Shown: one piece after another, positions 30,307 to 40,000 of the stretch
How the letters are laid out: the number at the start of each line of letters is the position of its first letter
Numbering within the stretch: the stretch's first letter is position 1
The notes under the pieces: model-generated
The model's input: the letters and a program-made list of their open reading frames with translations, nothing else
Told to the model about the DNA's origin: nothing
The model's database searches: none
NCBI GenBank assembly: GCA_964418095.1
Contig: CAYQKM010000001.1
Coordinates: 4,173 to 68,172, forward strand
Origin: Candidatus Woesearchaeota archaeon
GTDB taxonomy: Archaea > Nanobdellota > Nanobdellia > Pacearchaeales > GW2011-AR1
Length of the DNA: 64,000 nucleotides
Reading direction: 5' to 3'
Position numbers and translations under genes: made by a program

Positions 30307-31761
30307 TTACTTCAATAATTTTCCTAACTCTTCAAATCCATTTAATAATTCTTCAATTTCTTTTTTAGCTTCTTTTAGAATAACATTATTTTGCCTGTAA
30401 GTTATTTCAATCTCTTCTTCTTTTCTATATTTGTTAATAGATAAATCAAAATCATTAGATTTTATCTCTTCAATTGGGACAAAGAAATGTTTCTTAGTCC
30501 TATCTTCATTATCTTCTTTGTTTCTTTTTTCAAATCTTTCTAATATATCTGGAATATCATTCTTTTCAGGCTGGGGTATCCTTTTATCATCTAAACTATA
30601 ACCATCTGCTTCCATTTTATAGAACCAAACTTTTTCAGTAGGTTCGCCTTTTGTAAAAAATAGAACAGCAGTAGAAACTCCTGCATATGGTTTAAATACC
30701 CCCGAAGGCATAGATATAATAGCATCAAGCCTGCATTTTTCTAATAATAACTTTCTTATTGACTTGTGTGCCTTGGAATTACCAAATAAAACTCCATCCG
30801 GCACTATAACAGAACATCTTCCTCCCACAGATAAAGAATTATACATTAATTCTAAAAATAACAGTTCTGTTTTACTAGTGCTTATTGTAAATTCGTCTGA
30901 CTTTTCACTTTCATTTATAGATCCTTTGAATGGAGGATTAGCTAAAATTAAATCATATGTTCCATTTTCATTATATCTCTTGGATAATGTATCTTCTCCT
31001 TTAATTTGAGGATCAGTTATTCCGTGCATCATTAAATTCATAACCGCAATTCTAACCATTGTTCTATCAATATCATATCCATATAAAGATTCTTCATCTA
31101 ATATTTTCTTTTTTTGAGGGGTTAATGTGCTTACTCCATTTTTCTTGTTTCTATTCAAAATATACTCATAAGCATTAACTAAAAATCCAGCTGTTCCACA
31201 CGCAGGGTCTAATATTCTGTCTCCTAATTCTGGGTTTGCAAGTTCCACCATCATCTTAATTATATGCCTTGGAGTTCTGAATTGTCCATTTTTACCTGCA
31301 GTTGTTAGTTCAGATAGAAGGTACTCATAAATATCTCCTTGTGTATCCTGATTTTGTTCTTTAATATGTAAATCATTAATTATATTTACTGCTTCAATTA
31401 ATAAAGAAGCTGTTGGAAGAGAAAAACTTGCATCTTTCATGTATTTAGAATATAATGAATCTTTTTCTCCGAGTTCTCTCATAAATGGAAAGACAACATC
31501 TCTTACATGAGCTAGGATTCTATCAGAAGGCATCTCAGTCCAAACAGACCATCTGCAATTTTCATGTCCTGTAAATATAGAATTGAACTTAATGCCTTTT
31601 AATGTTGCATTTTGTTGCTCCAGAACATCTTTATCCTGCATTTTCTTCATGAAGATAAGATATGATATTTGCTCAATTGCCTGAAGAGGATTGCTAATGC
31701 CTCCGCTCCAGAATTTATCCCATAACTTGCGTATTTTTGATTTAAGGTCAGCATGTAACAT
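30307..31761 (-). CDS. hsdM: Type I restriction-modification system, M subunit (N6-adenine DNA methyltransferase)
   Basis: Motif I DPACGTAGFL and motif IV ILANPPFKG; 484 aa. Confidence 0.9.
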   Translation of the reverse strand: MLHADLKSKIRKLWDKFWSGGISNPLQAIEQISYLIFMKKMQDKDVLEQQNATLKGIKFNSIFTGHENCRWSVWTEMPSDRILAHVRDVVFPFMRELGEKDSLYSKYMKDASFSLPTASLLIEAVNIINDLHIKEQNQDTQGDIYEYLLSELTTAGKNGQFRTPRHIIKMMVELANPELGDRILDPACGTAGFLVNAYEYILNRNKKNGVSTLTPQKKKILDEESLYGYDIDRTMVRIAVMNLMMHGITDPQIKGEDTLSKRYNENGTYDLILANPPFKGSINESEKSDEFTISTSKTELLFLELMYNSLSVGGRCSVIVPDGVLFGNSKAHKSIRKLLLEKCRLDAIISMPSGVFKPYAGVSTAVLFFTKGEPTEKVWFYKMEADGYSLDDKRIPQPEKNDIPDILERFEKRNKEDNEDRTKKHFFVPIEEIKSNDFDLSINKYRKEEEIEITYRQNNVILKEAKKEIEELLNGFEELGKLLK

Positions 31762-31763
31762 GT

Positions 31764-32597
31764 TTATTGTTGTGAATCCTCCTTTTTAGATTTTTTTAGA
31801 AAGGTAAGATTTTCAAATAAATTAGTAAACTTATCAATTAGCCTTTCTTGTTTTTCTAGATTTATTTTAATATCTGTTTCTACTCTTTTTATGTTTGCTT
31901 TTGGAAAATTATAAAATTTGTCTCCACTATTTAAATGGATATATTCTTCATCTTGTTTAATTAGCCTACCAGTAAATTTTTTTTCATTTAAATCTATAAT
32001 TTTAACTTCATTATATTTAATTGTCTTTGCTGTATGAAGGACAATTATTTTATTTAGTGTTGGCAATAAACAGATTAAGATAAAAATACGGACTATCCAA
32101 TTATCAAAAAATAAAAAAATGTTTATAGAGATGAAGATAGTTAAGTATCCAATTATTAAAACAAATATTTGATTAGGCAAGGTCATGAAAAATTTCTTAA
32201 AGAACTGATTTAGTTTTGTTTTCGTTTTCAAATCTATTCCAAATTTTTTGATATTTCTCAAACACACCTCATAAAAATAGGAATCTTTTTTATTTCTTAT
32301 TATTTCAAAGATTTTCATTTTAATATACAAATAAAAATACAATAAACTATAAATTAACCAAAAAAGCAAAAATCCAACTATTGTTAAATTTAATTTTAAA
32401 TTAGGAAAATAATAAAAAAATAACAATGGGATTATGATGTATATTAAAAATAGGATAAAACCAATTATATAGTTAAGGCTCTTATTTTCTTTGGAGGGAT
32501 AAAAATCTAACACGACCTTGCCCAAATAAAATGAGAGAATTCCAGCTATACTGATAAACAATGTTATCCCTCCTGGGGTTAAATATTCTTCAATCAT
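31764..32597 (-). CDS. integral membrane protein (about 6 TM) with C-terminal soluble domain, embedded between hsdS and hsdM
   Basis: Highly hydrophobic N-terminal two-thirds. Gaps to neighbours are 2 nt upstream and 2 nt downstream, consistent with an operon. Confidence 0.5.
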   Translation of the reverse strand: MIEEYLTPGGITLFISIAGILSFYLGKVVLDFYPSKENKSLNYIIGFILFLIYIIIPLLFFYYFPNLKLNLTIVGFLLFWLIYSLLYFYLYIKMKIFEIIRNKKDSYFYEVCLRNIKKFGIDLKTKTKLNQFFKKFFMTLPNQIFVLIIGYLTIFISINIFLFFDNWIVRIFILICLLPTLNKIIVLHTAKTIKYNEVKIIDLNEKKFTGRLIKQDEEYIHLNSGDKFYNFPKANIKRVETDIKINLEKQERLIDKFTNLFENLTFLKKSKKEDSQQ

Positions 32598-32599
32598 CT

Positions 32600-33658
32600 C
32601 TACAACTCTCCTCTAAACGCCTTCTGCATCAAAGAATTAAATAATTCTTCAGAGTTTTGTTTAGTTTTATTAATATTTTCTTTCATCTTCTCAACTTGTT
32701 CAACAATTGAAGCAAATTTTTGCTGAAGGGAGAGAGGGACGTCTACGAAATCCATATTATAGATATCGTACCTGTTCAAACCAGGTATTGCAGTAGACCT
32801 GTCCAATTTTAAATTATATGATTTTAATAAATAATATAAAAAAATAAAATTTGTTCCCTTAAATGGAATTAGATAATAGGTAGTATCTATAGCCCAAAAA
32901 TCATCTTTAGAATAATTAACTTTTCCTATTGAACCTTTTCTTCCGATAACAATTCCCGGGCCTTTAATTAAAAACTTTGAATGATTTCCAACTACTCCGT
33001 TAGACCCATAAACAGAATATTTTCCACCATCTCTCTCTTTTTCGGGTAATCCTTTACCATATGCTAACTCAAACATTTCTTTTCCTTTTTTTCTCTCAAA
33101 TCCTTTATTATAAAACATCTCATAAAAAACACTCTTTAAATATTCATCAAGCAATTCCTCTGCCCTCTGCCCTCTTTCCCTTAGCTTTTCTGCTTTTTCT
33201 AAGATTGAAACAATTCTTTCTTGTTCTTTTAAGTCTGGAATACCGTTAGAGAAAGGAAGGGGGATTTTTATCTTAATCAAATAAGACTTTGAGAGGTGCT
33301 TTAAACCAGCCCCTTTAAATCCTTGTTCTAAAAGGTATATTCTTGATTTTAGTAGAAAATAGAGAAACTTTGCATTGTGGTCTACCACTCTTACCACAAA
33401 ACAATCATTGGAAGATGAGAAATTCTCATTACAATAATGCACCGCAGCCTTACCACCGGTTGACAGAATCAAATGTGCTCCTTCATAATCTGGATTGTCA
33501 ATAAATTTTGTCTGCTCTGGACTTGATGTAAAAAATTTGTACTTTCCTTCATCGAAGCCATCTCCGGCTTTTTTACCGCTTTTAGGCTCAAACGTTAATA
33601 TCTCCTTTAATTCAACTTCTTTCCATTCAATTTGATTAGTTTGTGTTTGTTGTGTCAT
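32600..33658 (-). CDS. hsdS: Type I restriction-modification system, S (specificity) subunit
   Basis: 352 aa; two target-recognition-like halves separated by a helical conserved region; position between hsdR and hsdM. Confidence 0.7.
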   Translation of the reverse strand: MTQQTQTNQIEWKEVELKEILTFEPKSGKKAGDGFDEGKYKFFTSSPEQTKFIDNPDYEGAHLILSTGGKAAVHYCNENFSSSNDCFVVRVVDHNAKFLYFLLKSRIYLLEQGFKGAGLKHLSKSYLIKIKIPLPFSNGIPDLKEQERIVSILEKAEKLRERGQRAEELLDEYLKSVFYEMFYNKGFERKKGKEMFELAYGKGLPEKERDGGKYSVYGSNGVVGNHSKFLIKGPGIVIGRKGSIGKVNYSKDDFWAIDTTYYLIPFKGTNFIFLYYLLKSYNLKLDRSTAIPGLNRYDIYNMDFVDVPLSLQQKFASIVEQVEKMKENINKTKQNSEELFNSLMQKAFRGEL

Positions 33659-33659
33659 T

Positions 33660-33965
33660 TTATTTGAAGATTAAAATTTTTAGTAAAATTGTTGAAATTG
33701 TGAATAATGAAAGAGGAACATGAAACTCAAAATTAAAAATCTTAAGATTGATAGTCCAAAAAATATTTTTTAATTTATCATCTGAAAATAATTCTATCAG
33801 ACCACCGCAAATTGCTGAAAAAACCAAGCCTATCCCCAAAGAAATAAATAGATTAGTTAAATTATCTATAGTTTTTATAGATAATCCCATCAAAGTTCCT
33901 ACTAATACAGTTAAAATTACTATGTAAATTAAAATCTGAAGAGATTTTTTAACACTCATTTTCAT
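33660..33965 (-). CDS. small integral membrane protein immediately upstream of hsdS
   Basis: 101 aa, three hydrophobic helices, 1-nt gap to hsdS. Confidence 0.4.
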   Translation of the reverse strand: MKMSVKKSLQILIYIVILTVLVGTLMGLSIKTIDNLTNLFISLGIGLVFSAICGGLIELFSDDKLKNIFWTINLKIFNFEFHVPLSLFTISTILLKILIFK

Positions 33966-34065
33966 TCTTCCATTCTCTCCTTGACTTTTATGTTTATTCT
34001 CTTACCTTTTTTCATTTTATCTTTCTCTCCGAAACATTTTTATAGTTCATCTTATTATATCTTTT

Positions 34066-34156
34066 GTAAGCGGGCCGGTTCCATAAAAGGTTTGATTATT
34101 CAAACTGACCAGCTCTTTATGAGTGTGATTGGTTGGGAAGACCGCTAATCGCTTAC
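34066..34156. ncRNA. GC-rich structured element (candidate small RNA or hairpin) between the small membrane ORF and ORF 34153..34659
   Basis: Terminal 7-bp inverted repeat gtaagcg...cgcttac closes about 90 nt. Contains an internal hairpin ggtttga-ttat-tcaaac and an ACA trinucleotide right after the stem. GC content is well above the local background. Confidence 0.3.
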
Positions 34157-34659
34157 ACTTTATTTTTTTTTAATTCCTCCCAATTTTGTTTTATAAGATT
34201 AAAGGTTATCTCTACTACATTCAATTTTCTCCCTCGAATTTGCTTGTTTAGTTTTAATGCTCTTCTTCTGTAAATCCCCGCGTAGTTATCTGCAAAAGAA
34301 CCTATATTCCTCCCAAGCCTTTTCCTAAATTCAGAAATATTTATTATTTCAAAATCAACTGGTTTCAATAATTGATTTAACACTTTCTTAACAATGTTAA
34401 AATCTTCATCATTACAGATAATTAATGTCTTTATATTTCTACGGACATTTTTAACAAGCAAGGAAATGCAAATAGCATAAAGTTTAGCTGAGTCTTCGTA
34501 AATATTTTTTTGAAATAATTTTCTTTTTATTAGTTTAACAAGATTCCCTCTTAGGGCACATCCATAATGTATCTCTTTATTTGTGCTAACTAAAGCAATT
34601 CCAATTGTTCTTTCTTCATAAATTCTTCCGCTCATATCAATATGAAAATCTTTTTTCAT
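34153..34659 (-). CDS. hypothetical protein between hsdR and hsdS
   Basis: 168-aa basic ORF with no recognisable motif. Confidence 0.4.
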   Translation of the reverse strand: MKKDFHIDMSGRIYEERTIGIALVSTNKEIHYGCALRGNLVKLIKRKLFQKNIYEDSAKLYAICISLLVKNVRRNIKTLIICNDEDFNIVKKVLNQLLKPVDFEIINISEFRKRLGRNIGSFADNYAGIYRRRALKLNKQIRGRKLNVVEITFNLIKQNWEELKKNKV

Positions 34660-34959
34660 TTCTCTTCCTCCAATCCGCTCTCCTTTCTAATCATCTCCCT
34701 AAGTTTTGTATTTATTGTCTTTCCTTCTTGCTCACAAATTTTTTTGAAAAAGAGAAATTCACTCATGTAAAGGCGAGTACCGACTACTTTACGCTCCTCA
34801 CCACTTAAAGGGTTATTTTTTAAAACCATAAAAAAAGGAAATATCCTATACTATTTAAAGATTTAGATAATTAACTGTTTACACTTTTTTTCACTTTTTG
34901 AGCAGATACAGTTCTTTTCTCTCTATCTAATGTACAAATACTAAAAGAGAATACAGATT

Positions 34960-37707
34960 TTATTTCCATTTTAATTTATTACACCTTTGTACAATTATCT
35001 CAAGCTGTTTTTTAGTGAAAATGTCTAATGGTCTTTTTTCTGCTAAAGGGTGTTCTGCAAAGCTCTTTAATTCAATATGTTTTGTCCTGATAAAGACTTG
35101 CTCTAAGAATCTCAAAAATTTAAGCTGTTCAGAATTATAGTGCTCGTTTTTATCTGCTACATATTTATCAAACTCCCATTTAATCATTTCTTGTGGATCT
35201 GGCAAATCTTTTATTTCTAATAATCCTCTTAAAAACACTATAAAATCTCTATCTCTTTGGATATTTTCAATAGTAAGAGTAGGGTTTAATTCTCTAAGCT
35301 GTTTTTCAATTTCTAAAAGTTCTTTAGAAGTAACCCCCTCCCCATCTTTAATTTTCTTTAGTAATTCATTACTATTTATGAAATATTCATAGTCTGGGCT
35401 TTCTTTTACTAGCATTATCTCTTTTTCAACCTTCAAAACAATATCAGGAGCATTAATTTCTACCATCTTTTCTCTGTCTGGTTCATAAAAAATCATCAAA
35501 GGAGCTATTTCCTTTATTAAGAAATCAACATCTTCAAAAGTAATTTCTTCCCAAAATGTTTCTTGTTTGATTCTTATTAAGTCTTTTTGCTTTTGCTTTA
35601 TTGTATCTAAGTTTTTATCCCAAATCAATTTTACTCTTTTAACTACAAATTCTTGTATTTTTCCTATTTCTTCTTTATTGTTTTCTTTAATATAACCAAA
35701 TAGTTTAATACATTTGGAGACAAAACCATAAACTTTAGAATTTTCAGAAGGCGCATAAATTAATAATGGGGAAATATCATCTCTTAATTCCTTAACATGC
35801 GCCTTTAAATCAAACTTAGAAGAGACAATCTTTTTAATCATCCCTTTTTTTTCAAGAACTAATGGAGAATTTAGATCAATATTTTTTATAGTATCTCTAA
35901 TTTGTTTTTCTATAACCTTTCTCTCTTTATCACCTAGCCTTTTTTCTAATGTATTTACTTGTTCTAAGAAAATTCTTGTCTTAGCATCTGTTTCAGGAGA
36001 TTTTTGTTTCAAATTATCTAATTTATGCATTAAAACATTAGACCAATCTCCAAATTTAAAGTCTAAAATTAAAAAATCTTCTTTTATGTGTTGCCCATCC
36101 TTATTAGTTGGAAGCCATTCTTTATATTTACAGGCAGAGATATTTCTTGTTCCTCTTCCAAGCATCTGCCAAAATCTTATTGGAGACATAACTGGTTTAA
36201 CAAAAACTAAATTCATTACTTCAGGTATATCTACCCCTGTATCTAAAACCCCTACAGATAAAGCAATCCTTGGACTATCTCTCTTTACAAATCTTTTTAC
36301 TTCATCCATGTAACGAGATTTATCTGAAGTAATTACCTTTACATCTTTAGATAAATTTGGATATAATTTATGAAAGAGTAGCTCTAATGCTTCTGCATGC
36401 TTTACACTAGCACAAAAGAATATACTTTTACATGGGCGATTGTCATCTGATTTGTAACATCTTTCAATAAATTCTCTAATTATTAATTCATTTGTTTTCT
36501 TATCAGTAAAAGATCTTTCAAACTTGGAACCAGGAGTTTGAAATTTTTCTGGTTCTCTTTCTTGCTCTTTTAATTTTTGTTGTAATTCTTTACTTAATTT
36601 TTTTCCTTCAATTCCTAGAGATAAAATCTTGGTTTCAATAATCTCTGAAACATAAGGAACTAGAACACCATCATTCACTGCATCCAAATAATCATACTTC
36701 ACTGTAGGTTTATTCTCATCACAATTAAATAGTTTAAATGTGTCTCTTGTTTCTATAGATGAAGGAGTTGCAGTTAACCCTATTTTAAGGGCATCAAAAT
36801 ATTTGAATATGTCATTATTTCTATCATAATAAGATCTATGAGCTTCGTCAAATATAATTAAATCAAATGCCCCTGTTCCAAACATCTCATAAAATTTACC
36901 TCTCGGTTTTTGAGAAGACATTAATGTTTGTATAGTAGATACATACAATCTAGCACTGCTAGAGTATCCTTCTACATTTAGCTCGCAAACAGGATCATCT
37001 GGAAAAAACTCTTTAAATCCATTTTCTTTAGCTTGATTCCCTAAAGAAATTCTATCAGTTACAAATAATACTTTTTGGACATAGTCTGCTTTTCTAAGAG
37101 CTTCAATAATTGCCATTGCAACTCTAGTTTTGCCTGTTCCTGTTGCCATATTAACCAATGCTTCCCTATGGCCTTTGGAAAAATGCTCTAACACTCCCTT
37201 TACAGCTTCTATACCTCTCATCCTATCAACAATTTTGGGGTTAATCTTAATATTAGATGGGTCTTTTTTCTTTTGCATTAACTCAACAATTCTATGCAAA
37301 TCTTTTTGAGAAAATGGCAGTTTTACCTGTCTCCTTCTATCTAAATCATCAACATAATACCATTTTTCTCCATTTGTTAAGAAAATAGGAATTTTTCTTT
37401 TAATTTGCTTTTCAATATCTTCTCTATATGTTCTTGCTTGTATCTCTCCATTTTCAACACCAACAGAAGTCTTTTTTGACTCTATTATTGCAAGTGGACT
37501 CCTATCATCATCTAAAAGTAAATAATCAATAAAATGATCTACTCCTTTTTCAATTCCTGCTTCACGACCTATATATTCTTTTGTGTTAAAATCAGATTTT
37601 ACAGAATTTACTTCTTCTTTTACATAACCTCCTCTAATTTTCCAACCTACTCTTTCTAAGACTGGGTCAATTAGATTTTTTCTTGTTTCTGCTTCTGATA
37701 AACTCAT
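34960..37707 (-). CDS. hsdR: Type I restriction enzyme, R subunit (SF2 helicase/endonuclease)
   Basis: N-terminal MSLSEAETRKNLIDPVLERVGW, Walker A MATGTGKT, DEAH box IIFDEAHRS; 915 aa. Confidence 0.9.
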   Translation of the reverse strand: MSLSEAETRKNLIDPVLERVGWKIRGGYVKEEVNSVKSDFNTKEYIGREAGIEKGVDHFIDYLLLDDDRSPLAIIESKKTSVGVENGEIQARTYREDIEKQIKRKIPIFLTNGEKWYYVDDLDRRRQVKLPFSQKDLHRIVELMQKKKDPSNIKINPKIVDRMRGIEAVKGVLEHFSKGHREALVNMATGTGKTRVAMAIIEALRKADYVQKVLFVTDRISLGNQAKENGFKEFFPDDPVCELNVEGYSSSARLYVSTIQTLMSSQKPRGKFYEMFGTGAFDLIIFDEAHRSYYDRNNDIFKYFDALKIGLTATPSSIETRDTFKLFNCDENKPTVKYDYLDAVNDGVLVPYVSEIIETKILSLGIEGKKLSKELQQKLKEQEREPEKFQTPGSKFERSFTDKKTNELIIREFIERCYKSDDNRPCKSIFFCASVKHAEALELLFHKLYPNLSKDVKVITSDKSRYMDEVKRFVKRDSPRIALSVGVLDTGVDIPEVMNLVFVKPVMSPIRFWQMLGRGTRNISACKYKEWLPTNKDGQHIKEDFLILDFKFGDWSNVLMHKLDNLKQKSPETDAKTRIFLEQVNTLEKRLGDKERKVIEKQIRDTIKNIDLNSPLVLEKKGMIKKIVSSKFDLKAHVKELRDDISPLLIYAPSENSKVYGFVSKCIKLFGYIKENNKEEIGKIQEFVVKRVKLIWDKNLDTIKQKQKDLIRIKQETFWEEITFEDVDFLIKEIAPLMIFYEPDREKMVEINAPDIVLKVEKEIMLVKESPDYEYFINSNELLKKIKDGEGVTSKELLEIEKQLRELNPTLTIENIQRDRDFIVFLRGLLEIKDLPDPQEMIKWEFDKYVADKNEHYNSEQLKFLRFLEQVFIRTKHIELKSFAEHPLAEKRPLDIFTKKQLEIIVQRCNKLKWK

Positions 37708-37755
37708 ACTATTATTACATTCTAGAAGTATAAAAGATTAACCTTTATTTATCCC

Positions 37756-38475
37756 TCATCTCTTTCTCTCCATCCAGCTCCAATAACGCTCTTTTCCGAT
37801 AACTACATGATCCAAAACAGTTATACCAATTGTTTTTCCAACTTCAATAAATCTTTTTGTTATATCTAAATCTTCTTGACTCGGTTCTGAATTTCCACTT
37901 GGATGGTTATGCACAAGTATAATTCGAGCCGCACTGTTTTTTATTGCAGGCTTGAAAACTTCTCTTGGATGAAGAATTGCTGAATCAAGTATGCCTTTAG
38001 AAATAAATTCCTTTTTTATTATATTGTTCTGATTATTCAATAATAAAATATAGAAATGTTCTTCTTTTTTATCTTTTAACTCTTCATGCATTAAATCAAA
38101 AACATCTTTTGCACAGGAAATCTTCTTTACAGGAGTTTTTGATTGATTTATTCTTCTTTGAATTTCTGCCATTGTTAGTATTTGCATTGCTTTGTTTTGC
38201 CCAATCCCTTTTATCTTTTGCAGCTCTATTAGTGAGCATTCAAAAAGCTTGCCTAAACCATATTCTTTAATCATCCTATTAGACATATCAATAGCATTTT
38301 CTCCGCCTTCATATTTTCCTTCTTTATTCTTTTTACCTCTTGTTCCTGTTCTCAGAATAATTGCAAAAAGCTCTGCATCACTTAATGCTTCTGGACCATA
38401 TTTAAGAAATCTTTCTCTTGGTCTATTTGAACTCGGAAGGTCCTTTATTTTCATAAAGAAAATAAGAAAAAACAA
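37756..38475 (-). CDS. radC: RadC-like JAB/MPN-domain protein
   Basis: JAMM motif HNHPSGNSEPSQED; N-terminal helix-hairpin-helix-like region; 239 aa. Confidence 0.8.
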   Translation of the reverse strand: MFFLIFFMKIKDLPSSNRPRERFLKYGPEALSDAELFAIILRTGTRGKKNKEGKYEGGENAIDMSNRMIKEYGLGKLFECSLIELQKIKGIGQNKAMQILTMAEIQRRINQSKTPVKKISCAKDVFDLMHEELKDKKEEHFYILLLNNQNNIIKKEFISKGILDSAILHPREVFKPAIKNSAARIILVHNHPSGNSEPSQEDLDITKRFIEVGKTIGITVLDHVVIGKERYWSWMERKR

Positions 38476-38479
38476 GTTT

Positions 38480-39394
38480 TTATTGATTTATGTTTATTGC
38501 TTCCTCACTTAAACCCTCTTTTTCATTTAGAGTATTTTTATTATTAATCATTTTTACAACTATGTCAACTTGATGTTGATTTAAAAAATGAGAATTGAAT
38601 GAAAACAATCCCTTGAATTCATCATTCATTAAATTAAATTTTGTCCTTCCATAATACCGAATGTCTAATAAACCAAAAACATGACCTGTTTCATGAGCCA
38701 AATTCCAACCTGTAAAATCAGAAATCCACGATTTTTCTTGACTAACTAAAGCAAAATTAAGTCCACATAATGATCCTCTTCCAGCATGTTTAGAGTTATT
38801 ATTATCCAAAAAAATTATGTTAGAGTTTTCTGTATTATCTACTAATTTACTTAAGATAATAGTATAATTCAAACATTCTTCTTCATTATTACCATTACCA
38901 AACAAAAAAAGAATCTCTTCTTGGGACAGATTAATATTTTTCTTTACAATTTGAGAGTATTCTATTGAAATATTATACTTTTCCCACACTTCTTTATTAT
39001 AATTTAAATAAGAATTAAGTTTTTTATCTTCAATTACATTATTTATAACATAGACATCAAATGAAATATTTTTTTCTTCAAAATTTACTCCTTGTGTCAT
39101 ATCATATTGTGCAAAGAAGATAACAGATAAAAATAGGCAGATAGTAGAGGTGAAGAAAAGTTTAGAAAACAACCAGAGAGGCCCCTTAAATTCTTTTTTA
39201 GTAAAATAATAGTACAAAAAAATTAATGCTGAACTCAAGATAATTGAAAAGGCAATCACTAATGGGTGTATTGTTTGATTTAAAAGAACAACAGATAAAA
39301 TAAAGATAAAAATGGATAATACAAAAATAAAAAAATCCAATGAAAAATAATCTATTTGTATATTATTATCACTTTTGTTTAATTTTCCTTTCAT
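38480..39394 (-). CDS. membrane-anchored zinc metalloprotease (HExxHxxGxxD type)
   Basis: N-terminal hydrophobic helices, then AHETGHVFGLLD zinc-binding motif. Confidence 0.55.
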   Translation of the reverse strand: MKGKLNKSDNNIQIDYFSLDFFIFVLSIFIFILSVVLLNQTIHPLVIAFSIILSSALIFLYYYFTKKEFKGPLWLFSKLFFTSTICLFLSVIFFAQYDMTQGVNFEEKNISFDVYVINNVIEDKKLNSYLNYNKEVWEKYNISIEYSQIVKKNINLSQEEILFLFGNGNNEEECLNYTIILSKLVDNTENSNIIFLDNNNSKHAGRGSLCGLNFALVSQEKSWISDFTGWNLAHETGHVFGLLDIRYYGRTKFNLMNDEFKGLFSFNSHFLNQHQVDIVVKMINNKNTLNEKEGLSEEAININQ

Positions 39395-39532
39395 TTTTTA
39401 CAATTGCTTAACAAAGAATCTGCCTAATCATAATAATTTTAATTATCTGAATTAGAATAAAAGTAAGAAAAGTGAGATTTAGTGTTAAAAGTAAATAAAA
39501 AACTACATGCAAAATCTTATTTAATTTCTTTT

Positions 39533-39910
39533 TCACCTCACTATCCCTCCAGCCTTAATCCAGTCTTCTTTTTCCCTTTGAGCTAAAGATTTCTGCTGTT
39601 TCTGTTCTTTTTCTTCTTCAATTTTCTCTTTCTTTTCTTCTTTTTCTCTCTCTTCCTGAATTTTCTCCCAAATCTCAGGCTTAAGCTCTTTGAAAATAGT
39701 TTTGTATTCTTCTGGATATTCTCCTTCTAATGCTTTCATCTTATATCCTACACCTAATCCAAATTTCTTACCAAGAATATACTTTTCAATATAAATTAAA
39801 TCATCAATATATTCTTTATCTCTCTTCCAATCTGCTTTATTTAGCTTTTCCTTTATGAATTTTGATTTTACTTCTGTATATTTTCCCATTTTTCCATGTG
39901 TCCAAACCAT
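39533..39910 (-). CDS. hypothetical protein with Lys/Glu-rich C-terminus
   Basis: 125-aa ORF with a low-complexity EKKEKIEEEKEQ tail. Confidence 0.35.
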   Translation of the reverse strand: MVWTHGKMGKYTEVKSKFIKEKLNKADWKRDKEYIDDLIYIEKYILGKKFGLGVGYKMKALEGEYPEEYKTIFKELKPEIWEKIQEEREKEEKKEKIEEEKEQKQQKSLAQREKEDWIKAGGIVR

Positions 39911-40000
39911 TTATTCTAAATAAACCTCCCTTTTAAACATTTCTATTAAATAGTATAATTATATATTAACAAGTATAAAAATATATAAACAAAGCATATT

